DNA from: a virus
Lineage: Duplodnaviria; Caudoviricetes
Length of the DNA stretch: 64,000 nucleotides
IMG/VR virus record: IMGVR_UViG_3300031998_000024
Coordinates: 59,872 to 123,871 of that record
Reading direction: 5' to 3' (one strand)
Positions 37,844-46,521 of this stretch are shown here, in pieces. The translations under genes and the position numbers were made by a program. A model generated the notes under the pieces. That model saw nothing but the letters and a program-made list of their open reading frames with translations. It was not told the origin of the DNA and searched no databases. Each line of letters starts with the position of its first letter. Positions within the stretch are counted from its first letter, which is position 1.

Positions 37844-38331
37844 TTATTCCAGGATTAGACCTAAATTCAGTAGCAACGAAGATAGTTGATGTTGGTTACG
37901 CAGATGTCCTGAACTCCATAGAGGATGCTGATGAAAGGATGCAAAAGAGAAATCAACTGTTTTCCTATTATACGACTGGTGACGCAGCAAGCGCGATAAA
38001 TAAGGAAATAAGTAACATTGAGGATTCGTATGATATAATACAGCAATCATGTACTTATTTGACCACGGCTGTTAGTGTTATACCTACAACCGCAGCCGTT
38101 CCTCAGGTTATCGTAACTGGTACAGCCGTAGGTGCTCCCAACCCAGCGTGGGTGTCGTTATTCGATAATGCTATGAAGCCAGGTCTGTTAGTTAGTTGTA
38201 AATTTCTGAAATTCATATATAATCAGATTATAAAGTCGTGCGAAACAATTAGTTTTACGCCAACACCTCAGATTACCGCATTACAGGTATTAATACAGAG
38301 TACGGAAACATCAATCAACGCACTTCCATAA
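37840..38331 (+). CDS. hypothetical protein
   Basis: ORF, ATGA overlap. Confidence 0.7.
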   Translation: MIIPGLDLNSVATKIVDVGYADVLNSIEDADERMQKRNQLFSYYTTGDAASAINKEISNIEDSYDIIQQSCTYLTTAVSVIPTTAAVPQVIVTGTAVGAPNPAWVSLFDNAMKPGLLVSCKFLKFIYNQIIKSCETISFTPTPQITALQVLIQSTETSINALP

Positions 38332-38364
38332 GAATATATATAATGGAAAATCTTGATTTTGCTC

Positions 38365-38403
38365 GCATTCGCCTCCTAAGAAATTGGGGGTGAATGCATT
38401 TTT
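38365..38403 (+). terminator. intrinsic terminator
   Basis: GCATTCGCCTCC/GGGGGTGAATGC stem + T run. Confidence 0.7.
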
Positions 38404-38451
38404 ATATAAATCAAAGTTTTTCTTATTGAACTAACAATAAAGTTAAACATC

Positions 38452-38685
38452 ATGAAATTATTTAGCAAAATTCAAGATTGGAATCAAAGAAGAAAAGAGA
38501 AGGCAGCAGACCTTCAGCGCAAACTCATTTTAGAGGAAATCAATGTATCGCTGAAAGATGGTAAGATTTTCATCTTAGTTTGCGGCACCGCAGTCTATCA
38601 AGCAGAAGAAACTGAAACGGTTGGTCATCTGTTAGAGAAGGTAAGTGAAACAGCAGAGTTAGCATTAAAGTATAAAGGATTGTAA
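38452..38685 (+). CDS. hypothetical protein
   Basis: ORF. Confidence 0.65.
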   Translation: MKLFSKIQDWNQRRKEKAADLQRKLILEEINVSLKDGKIFILVCGTAVYQAEETETVGHLLEKVSETAELALKYKGL

Positions 38686-38686
38686 T

Positions 38687-39328
38687 ATGGCAAAAGCGCA
38701 ATACATAGAGAAGGCAAAGAAACCTATCTACCGACATGGTAAGCGCGTTGAATACATTAGTAAACGCGGCAAACGAGCAGGTCAAACCTTATCAAAGATA
38801 GATAGGTTCCAGCCTTCCGATGAGGGTGACGAGATTCTAATCAATGTTGGTGAGCCGTATTGGACTTGGTGTTTCTATGGCGGCAATCCGATTTATAGCA
38901 AGACCCAACCCAAACCAAGTCAACTAACAAAAAACCCATTCAAGCAAGAACTTTACTCCATACAAGAATCGTTGGACAATAATACGCCAACGGATGCTGA
39001 TGGTTTGTCGAGCCTTGTTGATGAGTTAAGGGATTCTTTGGAAATCCTAAGAGATACCTGCCAGGAGTCATTTGATAATATCCCCGAACAGTTGCAGGAA
39101 TCATCACCAGCCGCTATCACGCTCAACGAGCGCATAGAGCGTTTGGATGAAATCCTTGGTGAGATAGATTCTATTGATACCGACTTTGATTTGGATGATG
39201 TAATGTCCGACTATGAAAGGGATACAATGGACAATGACGAGTGGGAAAGAATCTGCTTAGAGAAGGAGCAGGAATGGGCATCCGAAAGATACGATGAAAT
39301 ATGCGATATTGATTTAGATATTGAATAA
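38687..39328 (+). CDS. hypothetical protein
   Basis: Basic N-terminus, acidic helical C-terminus. Confidence 0.7.
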   Translation: MAKAQYIEKAKKPIYRHGKRVEYISKRGKRAGQTLSKIDRFQPSDEGDEILINVGEPYWTWCFYGGNPIYSKTQPKPSQLTKNPFKQELYSIQESLDNNTPTDADGLSSLVDELRDSLEILRDTCQESFDNIPEQLQESSPAAITLNERIERLDEILGEIDSIDTDFDLDDVMSDYERDTMDNDEWERICLEKEQEWASERYDEICDIDLDIE

Positions 39329-39571
39329 AAGGTAAAAATTTCTGTCATAAGATTGGTATCAGCCTTGCTCCGCACTTTTATCCCGTAAGTTTATTAAGGT
39401 TACCAAATACGGAATGGAAGTTGCGGAGCAAGCATTTTATTGTTTGCTAACTTTTATTATTGCCGCGACAAACCACGAATTATTAAACAATAATTAGTAA
39501 TCATCTTGTTTTCGTTCAAATACAAATATTATTAAGGAAAAGAAAAGAATTGTAAAAATGTTTGTAAAACT

Positions 39572-40711
39572 ATGAGTAAAATTGAAATCCCAGAGGGAGT
39601 TGTTGACCAGAAAGCCTATATAAAATTTGTAGCATTATCACGCAATCCGTTAATCCGAAATCACTATATAGAAACGAGTGATGGGGAAACAATCAACCTA
39701 CATATTGCGCCCCAATGGATTCGTAAGTATATAGAGCATTTGCCGTTGAAAGAACAAGAAGAAATCTTGCAAAAGAAACAACAATGGCAAAGTATCAATA
39801 TGAAGCGTAAAGCAGCAGAACAAGCCGCGTTTGCGCAAGAACACAATAAACTTGGTAGGCCAAAAGGCGATGCTGTGGAACATGATATAGTAGAATTGCT
39901 TGGCCGAATGTTTACTGTTGCTGAGGTTGTAAAGATAATGGGAGAAGACAATGAAATTGTGATTACTGATGACCAGGTGAAGTCTGTTTTGAAGCGTAGG
40001 CTGCCTGAGATAGAACGCAAACGGGAGGAGTTTCGCAACAAAGTAGCAGATGTTCGTTTGTATAACAAAAGACCGCGTTTGGAAGAATTAGCCTGGATGT
40101 ACGGCAAGATGAAGATGCGGTATGTAGCATATAGCGGCATAGATTCCTATAATGCTATGTTGCGTACTTTGGAGCAATTACGCAAAGAGGCAGAGGGCGA
40201 CCAAATAAATATCAATGGTGCGTTAGATGTAAATGTTAATGTAGAGATTCAAGCCCATATTCAAAAAGAAATACTCAAGACTATCAACCTCAAAGAAATT
40301 ATTATTGGTAGGATTGCAGCGCGTATGGGTTATGATACAAAGAAGTTAATTGCTGGGTTGCATAATTCGTACTACAATCAGTTTGTTCAGATTTCGGGTG
40401 ATTTCAATCCTAATGCTGAAATGGAATTTCCATCTTTGATAAATTATGATTACAACGAGATAGAGCGCAAGAATACGGAGTTTGATGCTGCTGTAGAGAT
40501 TAAGGAGGAGCCTGTGACCGATAGCGACAAAGATAAAGCAGCAGCGATTCGTGAAATGTTTCTCAGCAAAATCAGAAGTCAAAGACAACAAACGGAAGCA
40601 AAAACATCTGCTTATACTAACATTGATGTTGAGTTGGATGGAAATGATATTGAGGGTGATTTTGGAGGCAAGCGTAAAATCGGTGGTCGCAGAAAGAAGG
40701 GTGGACTATGA
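39572..40711 (+). CDS. hypothetical protein, possibly terminase small subunit (DUF2280-like segment)
   Basis: HTH-like segment, then REEFRNKVADVRLYNKRPRLEEL..LEQLRKE. Confidence 0.45.
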   Translation: MSKIEIPEGVVDQKAYIKFVALSRNPLIRNHYIETSDGETINLHIAPQWIRKYIEHLPLKEQEEILQKKQQWQSINMKRKAAEQAAFAQEHNKLGRPKGDAVEHDIVELLGRMFTVAEVVKIMGEDNEIVITDDQVKSVLKRRLPEIERKREEFRNKVADVRLYNKRPRLEELAWMYGKMKMRYVAYSGIDSYNAMLRTLEQLRKEAEGDQININGALDVNVNVEIQAHIQKEILKTINLKEIIIGRIAARMGYDTKKLIAGLHNSYYNQFVQISGDFNPNAEMEFPSLINYDYNEIERKNTEFDAAVEIKEEPVTDSDKDKAAAIREMFLSKIRSQRQQTEAKTSAYTNIDVELDGNDIEGDFGGKRKIGGRRKKGGL

Positions 40712-41100
40712 GAAGGGTGCGTTGTAGAGATTGTAAGTTTTGCCGTAGGTTTGTTGTTGAAGATGCTTATGGTAAGCGTTATCAGGTTATCCGTTGTATG
40801 AATCCAAAAGTCAGCAAGGACAAAGTCAATAGGGATGACTTGGCTTGCGATGATTATCGAAAGCGTGAATTTCCTGAATCTGGTTCTTATTGTTCTATTT
40901 TGAAGTTGTATATTATTTACGATGATACAACAAAGAAAAAGAAAATACCTTGCTCTACTTGTCCAGTCCGCTGTGTTTGGTCTAAGAATAAGGAAATGCG
41001 CAACTATATAACTAAATGCGTGGGTGGTAAGACAGTGTTTCTGTCTGATGTAGTAGCGGAGGTGGAGAATACGAAAAGAAATGTTGTAAAAGTAGATTAG
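40708..41100 (+). CDS. Cys-rich hypothetical protein
   Basis: CRDCKFC, CSTCPVRC. Confidence 0.6.
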   Translation: MRRVRCRDCKFCRRFVVEDAYGKRYQVIRCMNPKVSKDKVNRDDLACDDYRKREFPESGSYCSILKLYIIYDDTTKKKKIPCSTCPVRCVWSKNKEMRNYITKCVGGKTVFLSDVVAEVENTKRNVVKVD

Positions 41101-41136
41101 CAAAATAAATTCAAACAAATTAAAAAGACTTTCATT

Positions 41137-41745
41137 ATGTTTTATGTTTTTGATTGCGGTCACGGAAAGACCACGGCAGGCAAAAGAAGTCCTGATGGAA
41201 AATTTTTAGAGTACGAATACAACCGAGAGATTGGATTGCGCGTTGCTAAGGAATTAGACAAACTTGGTATCAAATACGCATTTACTTACGCACCTTCAGA
41301 TAATACTGATTTAGGATTGACGAGCCGTGCTGAGGTTGTTAATAGGTTTGCGCGTAAATATGGAGCAGGAAATACATTGCTGATTTCTATACACTCCAAC
41401 GCTGCTGGCAATGGTAAGCAATGGCTAAATGCTAAGGGTTGGAGTATTTGGACAACCAAGGGTCAGAATAATAGTGATAAGTATGCCGAAATGTTTTGGG
41501 AAGAGGCGAAGCGGATTTGCGCATTAAAGGGTAGAACAACGCGGCAAGACACTTCAGATGGCGACCATGATTGGGAGGCTGATTTCACTGTTATCAAGAA
41601 AACTATTTGTCCATCTGTATTGATTGAAGAGTTTTTCTATGATAACATGGAAGAAATGAATTGGTTGTTGACTGAAGAGGGTAAGAGCGTATGCACTGAA
41701 ATCATCGTTAGTACGATTAAGCGGATTGAGAAGATGAAGCGTTAA
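41137..41745 (+). CDS. N-acetylmuramoyl-L-alanine amidase (Amidase_3, endolysin)
   Basis: DCGHG, GKRSPDG..EYEYN, ISIHSNA, SVLIEEFFYDN. Confidence 0.92.
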   Translation: MFYVFDCGHGKTTAGKRSPDGKFLEYEYNREIGLRVAKELDKLGIKYAFTYAPSDNTDLGLTSRAEVVNRFARKYGAGNTLLISIHSNAAGNGKQWLNAKGWSIWTTKGQNNSDKYAEMFWEEAKRICALKGRTTRQDTSDGDHDWEADFTVIKKTICPSVLIEEFFYDNMEEMNWLLTEEGKSVCTEIIVSTIKRIEKMKR

Positions 41746-42185
41746 TGATGGATTTTGAGCAACTAAAATCGTATATTGATAAAGGGTTTACAAAAGTCGA
41801 TATAGCACTATCAGTTATATACGAATTAGTGAGTACAATGCACGATGATGCGGTTGCTGTGCAAAAACTTCAAGAGCGCGTTAATCAGAGCCGACAATTG
41901 TTAAGAGAATTACAATATGACGAATATCTTAATAGTGCAGAATTTTCAACAAGACAGAAAAATAAAATAAAACGAGAACTCATGGAAGATTACATTAGAT
42001 TTGCAACCGATACTCAACTTGCTAACTTGGTTGACGAAGACATTAAGAAACTGGAAGATGAAAAGGCTGAAGAAAAGTTTGGCAAAGACTTTATGGATAT
42101 TTTGCGTAAAGCCGCTGAACGACTGAGATATGTTCCGCTGAAGTGTTGCGCGGATATGTCTAATGACGAGCAGTTTAATATTTAA
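41745..42185 (+). CDS. hypothetical protein
   Basis: ORF. Confidence 0.65.
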   Translation: MMDFEQLKSYIDKGFTKVDIALSVIYELVSTMHDDAVAVQKLQERVNQSRQLLRELQYDEYLNSAEFSTRQKNKIKRELMEDYIRFATDTQLANLVDEDIKKLEDEKAEEKFGKDFMDILRKAAERLRYVPLKCCADMSNDEQFNI

Positions 42186-42213
42186 GCATTTCGGAATCTT
42201 TCATATATTTCTG

Positions 42214-42246
42214 CTGCCCTTGGATGAAAGTCCAGGGGCAGTTTTT
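42214..42246 (+). terminator. intrinsic terminator
   Basis: CTGCCCTTGGA-TGAAAG-TCCAGGGGCAG + T run. Confidence 0.8.
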
Positions 42247-42282
42247 ATTTACATAGTTTATAATATGGTAAGCAAATAAAGT

Positions 42283-42711
42283 ATGCGACAATTTACTACT
42301 ATTGAAGAATCAATCCGTATAATGGAAATGGGATTTCCGAAAGATACAGCAAGAGCATATCGCAGGAAGGATGTGTTTTGTAAATTAGACTATTCTGAAT
42401 GTTGGATAAATCATGTAGAGATTCTTCAGGATTCTGATGATTGCGGTAATTTAGAGAAAATGAAGGATTGGGAAGGTAAGATGCCTGCTTGGTCATTTGA
42501 TACGATTCTTTTATTATTACCTCAACAAATATCATTTGGTATAGAACAACAGCGTTTTGTTTGGAATACTTATTATTATAAAGGTAATTGCGTTGTTGAA
42601 TATATCGGTGAAAAAGATAAAGAGCCTGGAATTACATTCAGAACAAATTCATTTATAAAGTCTGCGTATTTGATGCTTGTTTGGTTATACGATAACAACA
42701 AATTAAAATAG
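42283..42711 (+). CDS. hypothetical protein (paralog of 62451)
   Basis: TTIEESIRIMEMG..PAWSFDTILLLLP..WLYDN. Confidence 0.7.
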   Translation: MRQFTTIEESIRIMEMGFPKDTARAYRRKDVFCKLDYSECWINHVEILQDSDDCGNLEKMKDWEGKMPAWSFDTILLLLPQQISFGIEQQRFVWNTYYYKGNCVVEYIGEKDKEPGITFRTNSFIKSAYLMLVWLYDNNKLK

Positions 42712-42720
42712 AGTGAAATT

Positions 42721-42969
42721 ATGGCGAATAGACTATCAATGGTAATGTTCTTTAATCGGAATGAGCAAGGAACATTTGATTGCGTCGGCAGAACAAAGAT
42801 TATTAAACAGCCGTTTATTGCATTAGAAATTTATGCTAATACACCTAATCCAGCGTCACAACTTATTGAGGGTGAAACAGAAGAGGAATTGCTGAAAGCC
42901 GCTGATAAGATGGAAGATGATATGCATGATTTAGAGTATTTGGCGAAAAATGTTGAGCCGTATTTATAA
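42721..42969 (+). CDS. hypothetical protein
   Basis: ORF. Confidence 0.6.
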   Translation: MANRLSMVMFFNRNEQGTFDCVGRTKIIKQPFIALEIYANTPNPASQLIEGETEEELLKAADKMEDDMHDLEYLAKNVEPYL

Positions 42970-43211
42970 AAAATTTCGTTCAGAGTTTATAAATATGAAC
43001 TGAGTAAAAACCTCAATCAGTGGTTCCATTACGATGCGTCCTTGCCTTAAACCAGTAAGGTGGGGGCGGTTTGAAAGAAGTCTGCTTGTCGTTCTTTGAA
43101 TTATTGATTAAACCGCTTTGCGGGGATGCGTCAATATAATACATAAATTTGACGAAGCAAAAATAAATAAGTGTCGATATTTCCGAGAGCGGCAAGCGTT
43201 CTTTCATTCGC

Positions 43212-43286
43212 GTTCCTGTAGCGCAGTTCGGTTAGAGCAGCTGACTCATAATCAGCAGGTCGAAGGTTCAATCCCTTTCAGGAACA
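43212..43286 (+). tRNA. tRNA with CAT anticodon (probably Ile2, otherwise elongator Met)
   Basis: Acceptor GTTCCTG/CAGGAAC, anticodon arm GCTGA-CTCATAA-TCAGC, T loop TTCAATC; no encoded CCA. Confidence 0.92.
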
Positions 43287-43492
43287 CGAAACTGGTGGTG
43301 CACTCATTTCCGATTTCTTTCATAATCTTTATCGGTGTTATTGAGTGAAATGCCCAACCTTCTACTCACCACCAGTTAATTCCCAACGCTGAAATCGCAG
43401 TGTCCTTTGTCGGGATGGCCTCCGAAATATTGTGACGCTTGCACAGTTAGTTTAGTACTGGCGAAAGCCTTTATGAAGAGTTTGGGATGGTA

Positions 43493-43585
43493 GGGTGTGA
43501 TACACCGCGATTTTGGGCGGTGCTTTTTGATTCGTTAGTATCCATACGATAGAATTGTTAGTTGGTTCGATTCCAGCCTCACCCA
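43493..43585 (+). ncRNA. tRNA-like element without a canonical anticodon arm
   Basis: GGGTGTG/CTCACCC-A acceptor, GTTGG-TTCGATT-CCAGC T arm, 6-bp CACCGC/GCGGTG arm. Confidence 0.6.
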
Positions 43586-43587
43586 CA

Positions 43588-43860
43588 AGCAAAGTCCGTT
43601 GAGATATTAATGAGGACTTGTTGGACAAGGGTTCGATTCCCTTCACCTCCACGCTGGCGTGCGTAGCGTTAGTCACATTCGTCAATTCGGGGGAGAAATC
43701 CCCCAACCTTGGGGGTGACTGGTTTTGACAGCAAGTTAGTAGGTAATGTTGAGGAGTTTGTGGCCTATAAATGGCAAAAAAGTTTCTTTTGACCGCATGG
43801 TCAATCAGCGTCATGAAGCAAGAGTTTATGCTTGCGCAGCCTAATGGCTGAAAGATGCGG
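43588..43860 (+). ncRNA. ssrA: circularly permuted (two-piece) tmRNA
   Basis: Acceptor piece ..GGAC-AAGGG-TTCGATT-CCCTT-CACCTCC-A (ends 43651) lies before 5' GGGGGTGACTGGTTTTGAC (43711); G3:U70; tag frame 43773-43844 ends YACAA-TAA. Confidence 0.9.
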
Positions 43861-43861
43861 C

Positions 43862-43901
43862 AGGGAGGGTTTACGGTGTAAATGCCTCCTTGTTTCTTTT
43901 T
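43862..43901 (+). terminator. intrinsic terminator after tmRNA
   Basis: GGAGG-GTTTAC/GTAAAT-GCCTCC stem + T-rich tail. Confidence 0.7.
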
Positions 43902-43957
43902 ACACAGCAGGGTTTATAAATTCAAAAACTTATACTAACAAATTAAATCGTTACACT

Positions 43958-44491
43958 ATGAAAATCAGTTTTGAGATTACTCCAAGTGAGTTGTTTGAGT
44001 TACTTGATGGATTATCCGAGCCTCAGGAGCCGCAGGAAGTCCCAGTTGGTATGCTTGTTGTAGGTGTTAAATCTAAAATTTCTGAATCACAAGGAAATCA
44101 GAACAAGCGTAAAGAATCAAATACGAACAATCAAGAAAAAGAGGTCAAGGAAAATGCTGATAAGCAACCTAAGACCGAAGGCGATGGTTCAGAAATTTCT
44201 AATGATGAGCATCCTGATGAAAATAGGGGTGGTAAGAATTACAAAAAGGAATTGCGTAGCAAGCCTGTGGATGTTTGTTTAGAAAGCGATGAAAAAGAGG
44301 ATTGGAAGAAATTCAAGAGCGTTAAGGATGCTGCTGATTATATAGGCACTACATCTAATAGCGTTATCAAAGCAATCAAACAAGGTAAGTCAATCATGGG
44401 TTACAAAGTCCGATATACAAACAAGGAGTTGGACGACATCTTCAAAAAGATAGATGAAGACAATAAGAAACCCTATGAGCCTGGTAAGTAA
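43958..44491 (+). CDS. NUMOD1/IENR1-type HTH protein
   Basis: KPVDV..FKSVKDAADYIG..IKAIK..GYKVRY; real start probably ATG43958. Confidence 0.7.
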   Translation: MKISFEITPSELFELLDGLSEPQEPQEVPVGMLVVGVKSKISESQGNQNKRKESNTNNQEKEVKENADKQPKTEGDGSEISNDEHPDENRGGKNYKKELRSKPVDVCLESDEKEDWKKFKSVKDAADYIGTTSNSVIKAIKQGKSIMGYKVRYTNKELDDIFKKIDEDNKKPYEPGK

Positions 44492-44493
44492 TT

Positions 44494-44646
44494 ATGAAAG
44501 TTTCTTTGCAATTTTCAAACGGCAAGGAATATGAATTTCCAATGTTTTCTGTACCATTCGTTAAAGAAGTGAATAGAATTTGCCGAATAGCGAATGGTAC
44601 AGATGGCAATATTGTACAACAGATAGTCATCAACGAGTTAGATTGA
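44494..44646 (+). CDS. small hypothetical protein (50 aa)
   Basis: MKVSLQFSNG...NELD-TGA fills the gap. Confidence 0.55.
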   Translation: MKVSLQFSNGKEYEFPMFSVPFVKEVNRICRIANGTDGNIVQQIVINELD

Positions 44647-44651
44647 ATATT

Positions 44652-45215
44652 ATGAGCAAAGACATAGAAGGTTGGGTAGATTTACCTGAGCATGTTAGGG
44701 AGGCTTTTGATAAAGCATTTGAAGACAACCCTAAGACTAAGAAAATACGCAGCGAGATTCTAAAAGCGCAAGCAGGTAGAAAATATGTTACCGCTTTACA
44801 GTTAAGCAATCAACTTTTAGCAGCAAGGCAAGATGCTCAGAAAACACTGTTATCTGAGAAGCGTACCGAGTCAGAACAGATTTCATTATTAGAGTTAGGA
44901 TTGGAAGACAAGTATGTCGAATTGATAAATGTTTTAAGTATCGCTATGTATATGGCTTGCGATATGCTTGAATTTTTCTCCATGGATATTAATGAAATCG
45001 TGAAGAGAAAAGACCCAACTGCGAGTTTTGATATGTTTGACCCAATTATAAAGGTAGGTAAAGAAGCAAAGGGCAATCTGAATTATCTTTGGAAAAATAC
45101 TAATATGTTCGATAGCGAATGTTTTGCTGATAATTCCGATGATATTAGACAGATGCTTGTTAATAAGGCAAAGAAGGTTTACAAAGATTATCAAAAGCGC
45201 AAGGGCAATGGATAA
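44652..45215 (+). CDS. hypothetical protein
   Basis: ORF from ATG44652. Confidence 0.65.
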   Translation: MSKDIEGWVDLPEHVREAFDKAFEDNPKTKKIRSEILKAQAGRKYVTALQLSNQLLAARQDAQKTLLSEKRTESEQISLLELGLEDKYVELINVLSIAMYMACDMLEFFSMDINEIVKRKDPTASFDMFDPIIKVGKEAKGNLNYLWKNTNMFDSECFADNSDDIRQMLVNKAKKVYKDYQKRKGNG

Positions 45216-45537
45216 CAAAACATTTACACCTAACTTACCATATAACGCGATTTATTTGCGTAAATATTCGTATTGGTTGTATGGTAGGAGAATGTTTGCT
45301 GTAAATGAATTGAATGTCCAGGTTATCGGAGAAACTGATAAGAGTTATCGTATTAGGTATTTGAATAAGGATGATTCTTTGAATAGTGAAAGTTGGGTGA
45401 AGAAAAGCAAGATAAGATTCAAGTATTTGCAGGATGGCGGATTTTGCGATTTCAAACAATCATATGTACCTAATTTCACTTGTTGGTATTGTAGAGTGTT
45501 TTGCGCGATGGTTGGAAAAGATTTACCGAAAAATTAA
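45208..45537 (+). CDS. hypothetical protein with C-terminal Cys cluster
   Basis: ORF from ATG45208. Confidence 0.6.
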   Translation: MDNKTFTPNLPYNAIYLRKYSYWLYGRRMFAVNELNVQVIGETDKSYRIRYLNKDDSLNSESWVKKSKIRFKYLQDGGFCDFKQSYVPNFTCWYCRVFCAMVGKDLPKN

Positions 45538-45549
45538 AAACATACTATC

Positions 45550-46083
45550 ATGATAAAGACAATACTTTTAATTATTTTCATTGTTGCGTTCGTTATAATG
45601 TTTGGCGGAATTGCGTTTGGAAAGTTTTTGAAATTTAATCCGACTAAGAATTGGATAAGCAGGAAGTTTAGGTTGTACAAAATCTTCAAAGAAAAATATT
45701 ACAATGTTTTTGATATTTCGATTGAAGAGGTTGAACAACTTTTTCACTTTGTTATTGAATTGCGTTGTAGTAATGAGAAGAGGGTTGTGTATGAATATCG
45801 GAATGGTTACCTTGTTATGTATTATCCCCAGGGTGTTCTTGCGCAAGATAGGTTTATTGACGAGCCTTATGCTATAATCCGTGATGGGTATGCTGAAACA
45901 TCTTTATGCGTAGGTTTCAACGGAGATATATCAAAGTATCAAATCAGGTATAAACCTCATGAAATCACTTGGGTTAGGATAATCAAAGAAAGCAATCAAT
46001 CTGAGAAAGTACCTATGACTGAAGAAGAACAAAAGAAGGTGATTCATGCTTATAGAGATTTCCTGATAAGGTCTGTTTTGTAA
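45550..46083 (+). CDS. membrane-anchored hypothetical protein
   Basis: N-terminal hydrophobic helix. Confidence 0.65.
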   Translation: MIKTILLIIFIVAFVIMFGGIAFGKFLKFNPTKNWISRKFRLYKIFKEKYYNVFDISIEEVEQLFHFVIELRCSNEKRVVYEYRNGYLVMYYPQGVLAQDRFIDEPYAIIRDGYAETSLCVGFNGDISKYQIRYKPHEITWVRIIKESNQSEKVPMTEEEQKKVIHAYRDFLIRSVL

Positions 46084-46226
46084 TTTGTGATTCCATAATA
46101 TATAAATTTTTGGGCGTCGATTTCCTTGCGATTTCGGCGCATTTTTTATACGATGATGAAAATTAAACACCGCAAGGTTATTAACATCATGATATAAATT
46201 TATTCACCAATTAAAAATAAAGTATT

Positions 46227-46508
46227 ATGGCTACAATTCAGAACAAAACGACAAAAGAAACCGCAACGGAATTTAATTTTGACAACGGAGCCTGGGTCAA
46301 GGTTGATACCTTTGACGAGGATGTAAACGAAAATGGTGCCGACTATGAGTACATGGTTGATGACGATGAAGAAACCTACATTTCAGGATGTCTTGAATTT
46401 GATAGTAATGTCTTAATCGGATTTGACGGATGTTACGAATTGCCTCAGGAGGTTGTCACTGCTGTTGCTGATTTAGGTTATCAGATAGACGATATTTTCA
46501 ACGAATAA
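46227..46508 (+). CDS. acidic hypothetical protein
   Basis: ORF. Confidence 0.65.
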   Translation: MATIQNKTTKETATEFNFDNGAWVKVDTFDEDVNENGADYEYMVDDDEETYISGCLEFDSNVLIGFDGCYELPQEVVTAVADLGYQIDDIFNE

Positions 46509-46521
46509 AAATTTTAGCATT

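Noticed and set aside
43588-43600. RNase P RNA (AAAGTCCG resemblance)
   Set aside because: No GAGGAAAGTCC or matching 3' P4 strand; the segment is explained by tmRNA P2 pairing.
43013-43814. ORF-track entries 43013-43207, 43118-43348 and 43452-43814
   Set aside because: Shadow ORFs over tRNA, tmRNA and structured RNA.
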